Positions 8,865 to 18,710 of a stretch of 39,306 nucleotides of DNA are shown piece by piece; positions within the stretch are counted from its first letter, which is position 1; each line of letters begins with the position of its first letter. This DNA is from an uncultured Gammaproteobacteria bacterium (GTDB lineage: Bacteria; Patescibacteriota; Microgenomatia; Levybacterales; UBA12049): the NCBI GenBank assembly GCA_964461865.1, contig CAYWVK010000002.1:1-39306 (forward strand). The letters run 5' to 3'. The notes beneath the pieces are model-generated. The model worked only from the letters and a program-made list of their open reading frames with translations, had not been told where the DNA came from and did no database searches. The translations under genes were made by a program, and so were the position numbers.

Positions 8865-10103
8865 ATGTATTTATTTAAAATAGCTAAAAATACTTTTTTT
8901 CAAGCCGTTGCTAAACTATTTTCCTCTTTTGTCGGATTTTTAATAACCATAATTATTGCTCGTTCTTTTGGGGTATTAGGATATGGTGATTTTATAAAAA
9001 TTACTGCATTTGTTGCTCCGTTTTATTTATTTGTAGATTTTGGCTTAAATGCTTTTTATCTTCAGCTAAAAAAAGAAGATGAAAATTATTCTCATTTTTT
9101 TTCATTAAGAATATTATTAGCTCTTATCGTTTTTATTTTATTAAACATCATAAATTTATTTCTTCCGTATGATCAGATTAGTAATATTGGTTACTCCCCC
9201 ATTGTAAAGTTTGGAATATTTATTTTTTCAATTTCAATATTTAGTCAGGCAATTATTTATTCATCATTAGCTATTTTTCAAAAAAAATTAAAGTATTTGT
9301 ACTACATGTTCTCAATAGTTTTGGGATCATTAATAAATTTAATACTTGTTTATTTTTTTACAATTACCCAAAGACCAATTATTTATATAATCATTGCCTT
9401 TGTAATAAGCAGTATTTTAACGGGAGCTTTAACTATTTTTTTTGCTAAGGAAAAAATAAAAAATTTAAGTATTAATTTTAATTTTTCAAAAAAAATCTTA
9501 AGACTATCTTTTCCGCTAGCATTAATGTTAATTTTTAATTTAGTTTATTTTAGAATAGACGCTATTATTTTAGCTTTTTTAAAATCAACAGCAGATGTTG
9601 GGATATATGGGTTATCATATAAGTTCTTTGATTTTCTAATTGCGCTACCGTTATTTTTATCAAATTCTCTTTATCCGATTTTACTTGAAAATCAAAAAAA
9701 TTTACGAAAATTTAAATCGATAGTTAAGAACTATAGCTTTGTTTTTGTAATTTCCGGTTTTGTTTTAATTTTACCTTTCTGGTATTTATCACCGCTTTTT
9801 TCTATTATTAATAAAGATTTTGTGATGTCGGTTTTGCCGTTTAGGATTTTACTTTTATCTCTTCCCTTCTTTTTCATCAGTAGTCTTTTGCAATGGGTGT
9901 TAATTGTTTTAAAAAAACAAAAATTTTTAATGTATTTGTATTTATCGGTTACAATTTTAAATATTATTTTAAATTTAATTTTTATTCCTAAATATTCATA
10001 CATCGCATCTGCTACAATAACAATTGTTTCAGAAGCATTAATTGTTGTTATATTATTAATAAAATTTTTTGATACCAAAAAATTATTAGAAAGGGGAATG
10101 TAA
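8865..10103 (+). CDS. Polysaccharide/oligosaccharide flippase (MOP/Wzx-like)
   Basis: 412 aa polytopic membrane protein. N-terminus (FFQAVAKLFSSFVGFLITIIIARSFGVLGYGDF) matches the flippase-family pattern. Confidence 0.7.
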   Translation: MYLFKIAKNTFFQAVAKLFSSFVGFLITIIIARSFGVLGYGDFIKITAFVAPFYLFVDFGLNAFYLQLKKEDENYSHFFSLRILLALIVFILLNIINLFLPYDQISNIGYSPIVKFGIFIFSISIFSQAIIYSSLAIFQKKLKYLYYMFSIVLGSLINLILVYFFTITQRPIIYIIIAFVISSILTGALTIFFAKEKIKNLSINFNFSKKILRLSFPLALMLIFNLVYFRIDAIILAFLKSTADVGIYGLSYKFFDFLIALPLFLSNSLYPILLENQKNLRKFKSIVKNYSFVFVISGFVLILPFWYLSPLFSIINKDFVMSVLPFRILLLSLPFFFISSLLQWVLIVLKKQKFLMYLYLSVTILNIILNLIFIPKYSYIASATITIVSEALIVVILLIKFFDTKKLLERGM

Positions 10104-10105
10104 AC

Positions 10106-10528
10106 ATGAATGAATTATTTATCTATACAGACGGTGGATCAAGAGGAAACCCAGGGCCATCAGCGGTCGGTGTTTATATTACTGATGAGAAAAAAGTAGA
10201 AATTGCTGCGATTGGTAAAAAAATAGGACATGCCACAAATAATATTGCAGAATACAAAGCAGTAATTACTGCTTTAGATTGGCTAATTGAAAAAAAAGAT
10301 GAATTAACTAAAATAACAAAAATACATTTTTATTTAGATTCTAAATTAGCATGTTCCCAGATAACAGGAGTTTATAAAATTAAAAATGCAGCATTAAGAG
10401 ATTGTTTATTTTTAGTTAGAGAAAAAGAAGCGCAAATTAAAAAACCAATTATTTATACATTTATTCCACGAGAAAAAAATGAAATGGCAGATCTTCTGGT
10501 TAATAAAGCGCTAGACAACACCCTCTAA
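10106..10528 (+). CDS. rnhA: Ribonuclease HI-like protein
   Basis: 140 aa. YTDGGSRGNPGPSAVGVY, NNIAEYKAVITAL and NEMADLLVNKA supply the D-E-D-D type RNase H signature. Confidence 0.8.
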   Translation: MNELFIYTDGGSRGNPGPSAVGVYITDEKKVEIAAIGKKIGHATNNIAEYKAVITALDWLIEKKDELTKITKIHFYLDSKLACSQITGVYKIKNAALRDCLFLVREKEAQIKKPIIYTFIPREKNEMADLLVNKALDNTL

Positions 10529-10547
10529 TCTAAACTAAAATAAAGTT

Positions 10548-13247
10548 GTGAATAAACCTGCCTTAATTAGTGAAAAAATTCATGAAACCCTAGATCAGCC
10601 GATTTTAGTAATAGATAAAAAGGGTGTTATTGGCACCGAGTTGATAAGGCAATTAAAAAACGAAGGTTTAGTAATATACGTTAGCGAAAAAACCCCGGAC
10701 ATAGAAGAAATTAATAGCAATAATATAATTCATATTCCGTTTCAAAAAAAAATTCCCACAATCCCGGAGAATAATTATTCATACATTTTTGTTGTTGATG
10801 ATAACGATGTTTTAAGGGAAGCAACATCTTCTATTTTAAAAAAAGCAGAAGGCGATCATTCAACGTTAATTTTTATCTCTTCTCTTTTAAATTACGATGA
10901 AAAACTAATTACGGAAATTAAAAACTATAATAGGCTAACAAAAGTTATAATTTACGGAGATTTATTCAGTAACGTTTTAATAGAGAGCAGAAGTTCAACC
11001 GTAAACAAATTAATTTATGAAGCAAAAACCTACGGAAAAATAGAAATAGAAGGGGATGGAACAAGAACTCTTTACCCGATTTTTATTAACGATTTAATTA
11101 GGGGGATATTAGAGTCGGTATTCGGTTCACATAGGGAGGAAAAAATATTTTATCTTTACCACCAGCATGGGATAACTCATTTAAGCTTTGCCCATATGTT
11201 ACAGAAAAAATATCCTTGGATAAAAACAGATTTTATCAAGGAAAAAAATAAAAATTGCATAATACACCCGTCTTGGGAGGGAAATTATTCAATTGCCAAA
11301 AATTTCGATTTAGAAAAAAACATTAATGAAATAAGTTTTGAAGAAAATCAAATTTTATCCGAGAGAAAAAAGATAAAAATAGACAAAAAGAAAACAGAAA
11401 AAAGGGGTAAAAAATTTCCGATTCTAACATTAGTATTTTTTCTTGTTTTATTTATTTTGCTTCCTTTAGTAAGTACGCTTTCTTTGTCTTTTTTGGGCGT
11501 AAACCTTTTAAAAAGTGCAAAAGAAAATTTTGTAAAAGGAGATATTGAGAAAGCATTAAAGCAAGCTGAGATTTCAAAAAAAACATTTTCCTATGCAAGC
11601 AGTTCATTAAAACCGCTTGAATATGAACTAGCTTTTATTAAACAAAAAGAACGTGTTGAGTTTTTAGGAAAAGATATAGAAACAGGGAAAAATATTTCTT
11701 CTGCAGCAATATCTTTTTTTAAAGCTTCAAAAATTTTCCTAGATGTTTTAAATGGGAAAGCAAAAAATCCAAAAGACGAATTTATTAATGGTACCAATTT
11801 AATAAAAGATGCAATTACTATTTTGCAGAAAGAAAAAAACAAAAACAATTTAATTGAAGAATTTGATAAAACAATTGAAGAGTCTTTAAATTTTGCCTCC
11901 TTAACAATTGATATGTGGCCAACGTTAATGGGATTTGATGATAAAAAAACATATCTTGTTTTGCTGCAAAATAACATGGAATTAAGACCGGGAGGAGGTT
12001 TTATCGGTTCTTATGCTACTTTAACCCTTGATGAAGGCAGGGTAACTAATTTTCAAATAAACGATGTGTACAATGCAGACGGACAATTAAAGGCGCACAT
12101 AGAACCACAATACGCAATAAGAAGATATCTAAAAGAGAAACATTTATATTTAAGAGATAGCAATTTTGACTTAGACTTTAGAAATGTTGCATCTGTTTCT
12201 GCTTTGCTTTTTAATCTTGAAACAGGTGAAAAGGTAAATGGAGTAATAGGAGTAGATTTAAGTTTTGTTAAAAATCTTTTAAACACAATAGGGGAAGTAG
12301 AGGTTATAGATTATAACGAAAAGGTTAATTCGGAAAATCTCTTTTATGTTACCGAATCACATGTTGAAAAAGGCTTTTTCCCGGGATCTACTCAAAAAAA
12401 AGATTTCTTAGGCTCTTTATATAATTCTATACTTTCAAAATTTACTCAAGAAAAAGAAATTTCATATTTTAAATTACTATCAGGAATAGTAAAGTCAGTC
12501 GAAGAAAAACACCTGCTTTTTGCTTTTAGTAACCCAAGCATACAAAACCTTTTTACTGTTAATGGTTGGTCATCATCGCTTTGGGATGAAAGAAAAGATG
12601 CCCCTCAAGTTATAAATGATTTTATTGGTATTAATGAATCAAATTTTGGTGCAAATAAGGTTAATTATTTTATTTCAAGAAGTGTTTCGCAAAGAGTAGA
12701 AATTACAAACGAGGGGAAAATAATTGAGGAAATTACTCTTTCGTATAAAAATACAAGTGATGGTAAATGGCCGGGAGGGGATTATAAAAACTATTTAAGA
12801 GTAATTCTTCCATATAAAGCAGAAATTGAATCAATAACCATAAATGATGAGAAACAAAAAATAATAGATGCCATAACTGATCCATCAATGTATGAAAAAA
12901 CAGATTTTAAAGAACCAGTTGGTTTAGAAGTGGAGAAAACAACAGAACAAGAAAAAGATGTTTTCGGATTTTTAATAACAGTTCCTAAAGGGGAGCTTTT
13001 GAAGGTATCAATTAAATATTCTTTAATAAAAGAGATAGATGTAAAAAAATCATCTTTTACTTATGATTTAAGATTAATTAAACAATCCGGAATAGATAGT
13101 TTTCCCTACGACTTATTGGTTAAGTACCCAAAAGATTACCAAGTTTTAAAAGAGTCAAAAGGAATGGTTAGTACAAATAGTCAATCGTTATATGAAACAA
13201 GTATCACTAAAGATGAAGATGTGTCAATCTCATTTAGAAAAAAATAA
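10548..13247 (+). CDS. Membrane protein with N-terminal Rossmann-like domain and large extracytoplasmic DUF4012 domain
   Basis: 899 aa, GTG start. The N-terminal ~270 aa resemble an NAD-epimerase-like fold (VIDKKGVIGTELIRQL). One TM (FPILTLVFFLVLFILLPLV). LLQNNMELRPGGGFIGSYATL is the hallmark DUF4012 motif. Confidence 0.75.
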   Translation: MNKPALISEKIHETLDQPILVIDKKGVIGTELIRQLKNEGLVIYVSEKTPDIEEINSNNIIHIPFQKKIPTIPENNYSYIFVVDDNDVLREATSSILKKAEGDHSTLIFISSLLNYDEKLITEIKNYNRLTKVIIYGDLFSNVLIESRSSTVNKLIYEAKTYGKIEIEGDGTRTLYPIFINDLIRGILESVFGSHREEKIFYLYHQHGITHLSFAHMLQKKYPWIKTDFIKEKNKNCIIHPSWEGNYSIAKNFDLEKNINEISFEENQILSERKKIKIDKKKTEKRGKKFPILTLVFFLVLFILLPLVSTLSLSFLGVNLLKSAKENFVKGDIEKALKQAEISKKTFSYASSSLKPLEYELAFIKQKERVEFLGKDIETGKNISSAAISFFKASKIFLDVLNGKAKNPKDEFINGTNLIKDAITILQKEKNKNNLIEEFDKTIEESLNFASLTIDMWPTLMGFDDKKTYLVLLQNNMELRPGGGFIGSYATLTLDEGRVTNFQINDVYNADGQLKAHIEPQYAIRRYLKEKHLYLRDSNFDLDFRNVASVSALLFNLETGEKVNGVIGVDLSFVKNLLNTIGEVEVIDYNEKVNSENLFYVTESHVEKGFFPGSTQKKDFLGSLYNSILSKFTQEKEISYFKLLSGIVKSVEEKHLLFAFSNPSIQNLFTVNGWSSSLWDERKDAPQVINDFIGINESNFGANKVNYFISRSVSQRVEITNEGKIIEEITLSYKNTSDGKWPGGDYKNYLRVILPYKAEIESITINDEKQKIIDAITDPSMYEKTDFKEPVGLEVEKTTEQEKDVFGFLITVPKGELLKVSIKYSLIKEIDVKKSSFTYDLRLIKQSGIDSFPYDLLVKYPKDYQVLKESKGMVSTNSQSLYETSITKDEDVSISFRKK

Positions 13248-13266
13248 TAAATTTTTAACAAAGCTA

Positions 13267-13275
13267 TGATAGAAT
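13267..13275 (+). promoter_or_regulatory. Extended -10 promoter element upstream of valS
   Basis: TGATAGAAT 12 nt upstream of ATG 13288. No SD. Confidence 0.35.
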
Positions 13276-13287
13276 AGAAAAATTAAA

Positions 13288-15414
13288 ATGGATAAAGTTT
13301 ATAAAAATCAAGAAGTTGAGGAAGAAATATATAAAGAATGGGAGCAGAAAGGTTTTTTCAAGCCGGAGATAAACCCAAAGGGAAAACCATATTCAATTAT
13401 TCTCCCTCCGCCAAATGCTAATGCGCCACTTCATTTCGGACACGCAATGTGTGTAATTGAGGATATCTTAATTAGGTTTTCCAGAATGAAAGGAGATAGG
13501 GCACTTTGGCTTCCGGGAGCAGACCACGCAGGGTTTGAAACACAGTTTGTTTTTGAAAAATATCTTCATACACTGGGTAAGACAAGGTTTGATTATAAAA
13601 GAGAAGAGTTATACTCAGAGATTTTAAACTTTGTGCAAAAAAACCGCCCGATCATGGAAAATCAATTAAAAAAACTTGGTTTTTCACTTGATTGGGAAAG
13701 AAAAAAGTTTACCCTGGATAAAGATATTATTGAGGTTGTTTATGGGACATTTAAAAAATTATTCGATGAGAACCTGGTTTATAGAGAAAAAAGATTAGTT
13801 AATTATTGTACGTTTGATGGTACATCATTTTCGGATTTAGAAGTTATTTATGAAGAAAAAAAAGATCCGCTTTATTACATAAAATATGGACCGCTTGTTT
13901 TAGCTACGACAAGGCCTGAGACAAGATTTGGAGACACGGCACTTGCAGTAAATCCAAAGGATAAGCGTTATCAGAAATATATCGATAAAGAAATAGAAAT
14001 TGAAACTCTTTTGGGAAAAGAAAAGATTAAGGTAATTGCGGATAAAATGGTTGATCCAGCCTTTGGTACAGGCGTTGTAAAAATTACCCCTGCGCATGAT
14101 TTTGATGATTTTGAAGTTGGAAAAAGACACAATTTACCAATGGTTCAGGTAATAAATCATGATGGAAAAATGAATGAAAAAGCCGGTAAATATGTTGGTC
14201 TTTACGCAAGACAAGCAAGAAAGGCAGTGGTTGAGGAAATGCAAAAAAAGGGATTGATAGAAAAAATAGATGAAAATTATCGACACAGAGTAGGACTTTG
14301 TTATAAATGTAAAAATCCAATTGAGCCACTTCCTTTAGAACAGTGGTTTATTAAAACAAAACCTTTAGCAAAGCCGGCTATAGAAGCAGTAAAAAGCGGA
14401 GAAATAAAAATATATCCTAAAAGTTTTGAAAAACTATATCTTCAGTTTTTAGAAAACATTCATGATTGGAATATATCAAGACAAATTGTTTGGGGGATTA
14501 GGATTCCGGCATGGAAATGTAATAAGTGCAATGAATGGATGGTAACAAATGGTAATAAGCCTAAATTTTGTAAAAATTGTAACTCAACTGAATTAAAACA
14601 AGACGATGATACGTTTGACACTTGGTTTTCATCCGGTCAGTGGCCATATGCAACTTTAAAAACAACTGACAGCCTTGATTTTTATCCAACTACGGTTATG
14701 GAAACAGGATATGACATTTTACGCTGGTGGGTAGCAAGAATGGTAATGCTTGGACTATATATTAATCCTGAAAAAGTGCCTTTTGAAAATGTTGTCTTGC
14801 ATGGATTAGTAAATGACCCGCTTGGTAAAAAAATGAGCAAAAGCAAGGGTAATGTAGTTGACCCATTGGAAACGGTTGATAAATATGGAGCAGATGCGGT
14901 AAGGCTGGCCTTGGTTTTTGGAGCAGCACTGGGGAATAATCAATCTCTTTCTTACCCAAAACTTTCGGCAATGAGAAATTTTACCAATAAATTATGGAAT
15001 ATCGGTCGTTTTATTGAAATGAAAAGATTAACAAAGGAAATTACGCTTAAGTCTAGCTTTGAAGACTTACTTAAAAGTGTAAAACATAAAAATGATAAAG
15101 ATATGATTTTAAAAACTAAAGAGCTAACAGAAAAGATAACTAAATTGAATGAAAATTACGACTTTAACCACGCAGCCCAAACATTATATGATTTTATCTG
15201 GCATGAATTTGCAGATATTTATATTGAAGACATAAAGTTAAGATTGGATAAAGATTCAGGAATTATCCTAAATAGTCTTTTTCATATTCTTTTAAAACTT
15301 TTACATCCCTTTGCTCCTTTTATTACAGAAGAGATTAATAAAAGGTTATTTGATAAAAATAATTATTTAATTATCTCTAAGTGGCCAGAGGCAAAAAATG
15401 AAGAAAAAAGCTAA
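13288..15414 (+). CDS. valS: Valine--tRNA ligase (short form lacking long C-terminal coiled coil)
   Basis: HIGH motif (PPPNANAPLHFGHA), KMSKS motif (KMSKSKGN), and ValRS-type TTRPETRFGDTALAVNP and ETGYDILRWWVARMVMLG. Confidence 0.9.
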   Translation: MDKVYKNQEVEEEIYKEWEQKGFFKPEINPKGKPYSIILPPPNANAPLHFGHAMCVIEDILIRFSRMKGDRALWLPGADHAGFETQFVFEKYLHTLGKTRFDYKREELYSEILNFVQKNRPIMENQLKKLGFSLDWERKKFTLDKDIIEVVYGTFKKLFDENLVYREKRLVNYCTFDGTSFSDLEVIYEEKKDPLYYIKYGPLVLATTRPETRFGDTALAVNPKDKRYQKYIDKEIEIETLLGKEKIKVIADKMVDPAFGTGVVKITPAHDFDDFEVGKRHNLPMVQVINHDGKMNEKAGKYVGLYARQARKAVVEEMQKKGLIEKIDENYRHRVGLCYKCKNPIEPLPLEQWFIKTKPLAKPAIEAVKSGEIKIYPKSFEKLYLQFLENIHDWNISRQIVWGIRIPAWKCNKCNEWMVTNGNKPKFCKNCNSTELKQDDDTFDTWFSSGQWPYATLKTTDSLDFYPTTVMETGYDILRWWVARMVMLGLYINPEKVPFENVVLHGLVNDPLGKKMSKSKGNVVDPLETVDKYGADAVRLALVFGAALGNNQSLSYPKLSAMRNFTNKLWNIGRFIEMKRLTKEITLKSSFEDLLKSVKHKNDKDMILKTKELTEKITKLNENYDFNHAAQTLYDFIWHEFADIYIEDIKLRLDKDSGIILNSLFHILLKLLHPFAPFITEEINKRLFDKNNYLIISKWPEAKNEEKS

Positions 15415-15811
15415 TAAATTCCCGAATATATCCCGATTTTTTACCGAAAACTTAAAAAAAAACCTTTTAAAAAATAAACAAAAAAATACGTTGTTAAAAA
15501 GACTTTTTTTAAGCATATTAATTATTGTTTTATTTTTATTTATTGTATTTATGGTAATTGATTTAAGACAAAAAACATTTATTGCTCAAGATCTTGATTA
15601 TAAACATGAGGAAATCTTAAAAGACATAAAGGAATGGGAAAAAGTGGTTAATAAATATCCTGATTATAAAGATGGGTATTTACAATTAGCGATATTGGAG
15701 CTTAAAAGAAAAAATTTTAATATGTCTAAATTATATTTAGAAAAAGTATTTAATCTTGATCCTAATTCAAAAGAGGGAAGACAGCTTGAGAGCTATTTAA
15801 ATAAGTATTAA
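15398..15811 (+). CDS. Membrane-anchored TPR-like protein
   Basis: 137 aa. One TM (LFLSILIIVLFLFIVFMVI), then a TPR-like stretch (YPDYKDGYLQLAILELKRKNFNMSKLYLEKVFNLDPNS). Overlaps valS by 17 nt. Confidence 0.55.
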   Translation: MKKKANKFPNISRFFTENLKKNLLKNKQKNTLLKRLFLSILIIVLFLFIVFMVIDLRQKTFIAQDLDYKHEEILKDIKEWEKVVNKYPDYKDGYLQLAILELKRKNFNMSKLYLEKVFNLDPNSKEGRQLESYLNKY

Positions 15812-16515
15812 CTTTCCTTTTCTTCGTTTTGTGGTTTTTCCGCTTCAGTTTGTTCTTCTTTTTGTTCACCAGCTTCGCCTTCTTTTGCTTCTCCCTCTGC
15901 TGTTTCTGCCTTGGCTTCTTCTGCTTTAGCAGCTTCTTCCGCTGCTTGTTCCTGAGCTTCTTTACTGACTAATTCGGCAATTTTTACTACTACTTGTGTA
16001 GGATCGGTTAATACCTCAACGCCTTCAATTGTTTTTAACTCACTAACTGTTAATTGTTGATTTATTTCTGCTAGATTTTCAACGTTTAATTCAATATTTT
16101 CAGGTAGGGCTTCTGGTAATGCTTCAACTTCAACTTCAGCTAAAACTTGCATTAAGATACCAATTTTTTCAGTTACTGCTTTTGCTTCACCTGTTAATAC
16201 GATTGGAATCATTGCTTTAACTTTTTCCTTAAGATCAACTTTGTAAAAATCAGCGTGTAAAATATTTCGTTTGTAATCTGAGGCAATATTATGAATAAGA
16301 ACAGGAAGTATTTTATCTTTTAATTGAAGATCAACTAAGCCTGTTTCTCCGACTTCTTTATATACTTTATCAAAGTCTTTTTTTGCAACTTGTACAGCAG
16401 TTGATTTAATATCTTTCCCGTAAATATTTCCCGGTAAGATATCGTTTTTTCTTAAAGCTTTAATTTTCTTGCCAAAAATCTTTCTCTCTTCAACAATTAA
16501 TTTCGGATGTTTCAT
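15808..16515 (-). CDS. rplY: 50S ribosomal protein L25 / general stress protein Ctc, with acidic Ala/Glu-rich tail
   Basis: N-terminus ERKIFGKKIKALRKNDILPGNIYGK matches L25/Ctc. The C-terminal ~50 aa are a low-complexity E/A/K tail. Confidence 0.88.
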   Translation of the reverse strand: MKHPKLIVEERKIFGKKIKALRKNDILPGNIYGKDIKSTAVQVAKKDFDKVYKEVGETGLVDLQLKDKILPVLIHNIASDYKRNILHADFYKVDLKEKVKAMIPIVLTGEAKAVTEKIGILMQVLAEVEVEALPEALPENIELNVENLAEINQQLTVSELKTIEGVEVLTDPTQVVVKIAELVSKEAQEQAAEEAAKAEEAKAETAEGEAKEGEAGEQKEEQTEAEKPQNEEKES

Positions 16516-16580
16516 AACCTTTGTATTTTACGATAAATTGTTAAAATTAACAAGATTAATTATAATGAGTTAAATTTCAT

Positions 16581-17051
16581 ATGAAAATACTAGGAATTGA
16601 TCCAGGCATTGGACGAATGGGATTTGGAATAATTGAGACACAAAAAGGTACGGCAACAATGCTTAATTGTGGTTGCTTGGAAACAAGCAGCAAAAAAGAA
16701 ACTCCGCAAAGATTGGTTGAGATACATAGTAAAATTCTAAATCTAATTGATAAATATAAACCGGAGGTATTGGCAATAGAGGAATTGTTTTTTAATAAGA
16801 ATTCAAAAACAGCTTTTGTTGTCGGTCAGGCAAGGGGAGTAATATTGCTTGCAGCTTGTCAAAAAAAACTAAAAATACATATCTATACTCCGCTTCAGGT
16901 AAAAATTTCAGTTACCGGTTATGGAAGAGCGGAAAAACAGCAAGTCGGTAGAATGGTTAAAGCAATTTTAAAACTAAAAGAAGTACCAAGGCTTGATGAC
17001 ACCTCAGACGCCCTGGCAGTAGCTCTAACTTGTGCATTCTATAGAAAATAG
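16581..17051 (+). CDS. ruvC: Crossover junction endodeoxyribonuclease RuvC
   Basis: MKILGIDPGIGRMGFGIIE ... DDTSDALAVAL catalytic acidic residues. First gene of ruvCAB. Confidence 0.93.
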   Translation: MKILGIDPGIGRMGFGIIETQKGTATMLNCGCLETSSKKETPQRLVEIHSKILNLIDKYKPEVLAIEELFFNKNSKTAFVVGQARGVILLAACQKKLKIHIYTPLQVKISVTGYGRAEKQQVGRMVKAILKLKEVPRLDDTSDALAVALTCAFYRK

Positions 17052-17097
17052 TCAAAAGGCAAAACTTCTTATGTTATAATCAAAAAGATTTAAATCT

Positions 17098-17676
17098 ATG
17101 ATTGGTTTTTTAAACGGTAATGTAGAGCTTTTAGATATCCCCTATGTCATTGTAAACGTAAACGGAGTAGGTTATAGAGTACTTGTGCCAAATACTGTGT
17201 TGGAGAAGTTAATTATAAATCAAAAAACAAAGCTATACACATATACCTATGTTAGAGAAGATGCATTAGAATTATTTGGTTTTTTAGAATCTGAAGACTT
17301 AAAACTTTTTGAAGGCTTAATTTCGGTTTCTGGAGTTGGTCCAAAAACAGCTTTAAATATATTTTCTTTTGGTAAAAGAGAAGAGATTGTAGAGGCAATT
17401 ATTAAAGGGGATGTGTTATTTTTCTCAAATGTGCCAAGACTAGGTAAAAAAAACGCACAAAAAATAATAATTGAGTTAAAAAATAAACTTGGAAGTATCA
17501 ACGATTTGGATTTATCAGGAAAAGATTTAATTGAAAATACGGAGGTTATACAAGCTTTAAAAAGCTTTGGGTTTACATCAGCTGAAGCTACAAAAGCCTT
17601 AAGGGAAATTGATAAAAGAGGTAAAACTACAGAGGAAAAAGTAAGATTATCGCTTAAATATTTAGGAAGTAGATAA
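17098..17676 (+). CDS. ruvA: Holliday junction DNA helicase subunit RuvA
   Basis: MIGFLNGNV...VNGVGYRV plus HhH segment [14 protein letters not shown]. Confidence 0.92.
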   Translation: MIGFLNGNVELLDIPYVIVNVNGVGYRVLVPNTVLEKLIINQKTKLYTYTYVREDALELFGFLESEDLKLFEGLISVSGVGPKTALNIFSFGKREEIVEAIIKGDVLFFSNVPRLGKKNAQKIIIELKNKLGSINDLDLSGKDLIENTEVIQALKSFGFTSAEATKALREIDKRGKTTEEKVRLSLKYLGSR

Positions 17677-17677
17677 A

Positions 17678-18697
17678 ATGAAAAAAGAAGAGAATAAAAA
17701 AAAGAAAGTTAAGCAAGATCTTCCGGAAGAAGAAGTTTTAATAACCTCCTTAAGGGTAAAAAATTGGGATGAATTTGCCGGACAAAAAAACATTAAAGAA
17801 GCATTAAGAATTGCCATAAGTGCTGCTAAAAAAAGAAAAGAACCCTTAGAGCATATTCTTCTTTATGGTCCCCCCGGACTTGGCAAAACTACCCTTTCTC
17901 ATATCATTGCTAAGGAAATGAAAAGTAATATTAGAATTACTTCAGGACCGGCAATAGAAAGAGCAGGAGATTTGGCTTCGATTTTAACTAATCTTGAGGA
18001 AAAAGACGTATTGTTTATCGATGAAGTTCATCGCTTAAATAAGGTAGTTGAGGAAACTCTTTATCCGGCAATGGAGGATTATGCACTGGATATTGTTATG
18101 GGAAAAGGCCCGTCTGCCAGAACACTAAGGTTGGATCTTCCTCATTTTACAATTATTGGCGCAACAACCAGGGCAGGTCTTTTATCAGCTCCTTTAAGAG
18201 ATAGATTTGGAGTTATTCATAGGTTAAATTTTTATAATCCGGAAGAACTAAAAGCGATAATTAAAAATGCAGCGGAAAAACTAAAAATTGCAATTGAAAA
18301 GGATGGAGTTGAAGAAATCGCCAGGCGTGCAAGGGGAACTCCTAGAATTGCTCTAAAACTTTTAAAAAGAGTAAGAGATTTTGTTCAGGTAAAAAACGAA
18401 GAAAGGATTAATAAGAGCTTAGTTGGTCAAGCTTTAAGCATGCTTGAAATTGATGAGATAGGACTTGATGGAATTGATAAAAGATTACTTAAGGCAATTA
18501 TTGAAAAACATTCAGGTGGTCCGGTTGGAATTGAGACAATTGCTTCAACAATTGCAGAAGATATAGGAACAATAGAGGAGGTAATTGAGCCGTATTTATT
18601 ACAAATTGGTTTTCTTAAAAAAACACCAAGAGGAAGAGTGGCTACGAAACATGCTTATAAGCATTTCGGAATAAAAACTAAAAAAGATACCCAATAA
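17678..18697 (+). CDS. ruvB: Holliday junction DNA helicase RuvB
   Basis: [17 protein letters not shown], Walker [11 protein letters not shown], Walker [10 protein letters not shown], sensor [16 protein letters not shown]. Confidence 0.96.
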   Translation: MKKEENKKKKVKQDLPEEEVLITSLRVKNWDEFAGQKNIKEALRIAISAAKKRKEPLEHILLYGPPGLGKTTLSHIIAKEMKSNIRITSGPAIERAGDLASILTNLEEKDVLFIDEVHRLNKVVEETLYPAMEDYALDIVMGKGPSARTLRLDLPHFTIIGATTRAGLLSAPLRDRFGVIHRLNFYNPEELKAIIKNAAEKLKIAIEKDGVEEIARRARGTPRIALKLLKRVRDFVQVKNEERINKSLVGQALSMLEIDEIGLDGIDKRLLKAIIEKHSGGPVGIETIASTIAEDIGTIEEVIEPYLLQIGFLKKTPRGRVATKHAYKHFGIKTKKDTQ

Positions 18698-18710
18698 AAA
18701 TTATTCTTAT

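Noticed and set aside
13288-15414. ValRS is only 708 aa: truncated pseudogene?
   Set aside because: The ORF is uninterrupted with HIGH, KMSKS, editing-domain and anticodon-binding regions present. Only the C-terminal coiled coil is missing. The next gene overlaps normally.
15808-15960. GCT/GAA-rich repetitive DNA at the 3' end of rplY
   Set aside because: It encodes the in-frame acidic Ala/Glu/Lys tail of L25/Ctc. This is low-complexity coding sequence, not a separate repeat element.
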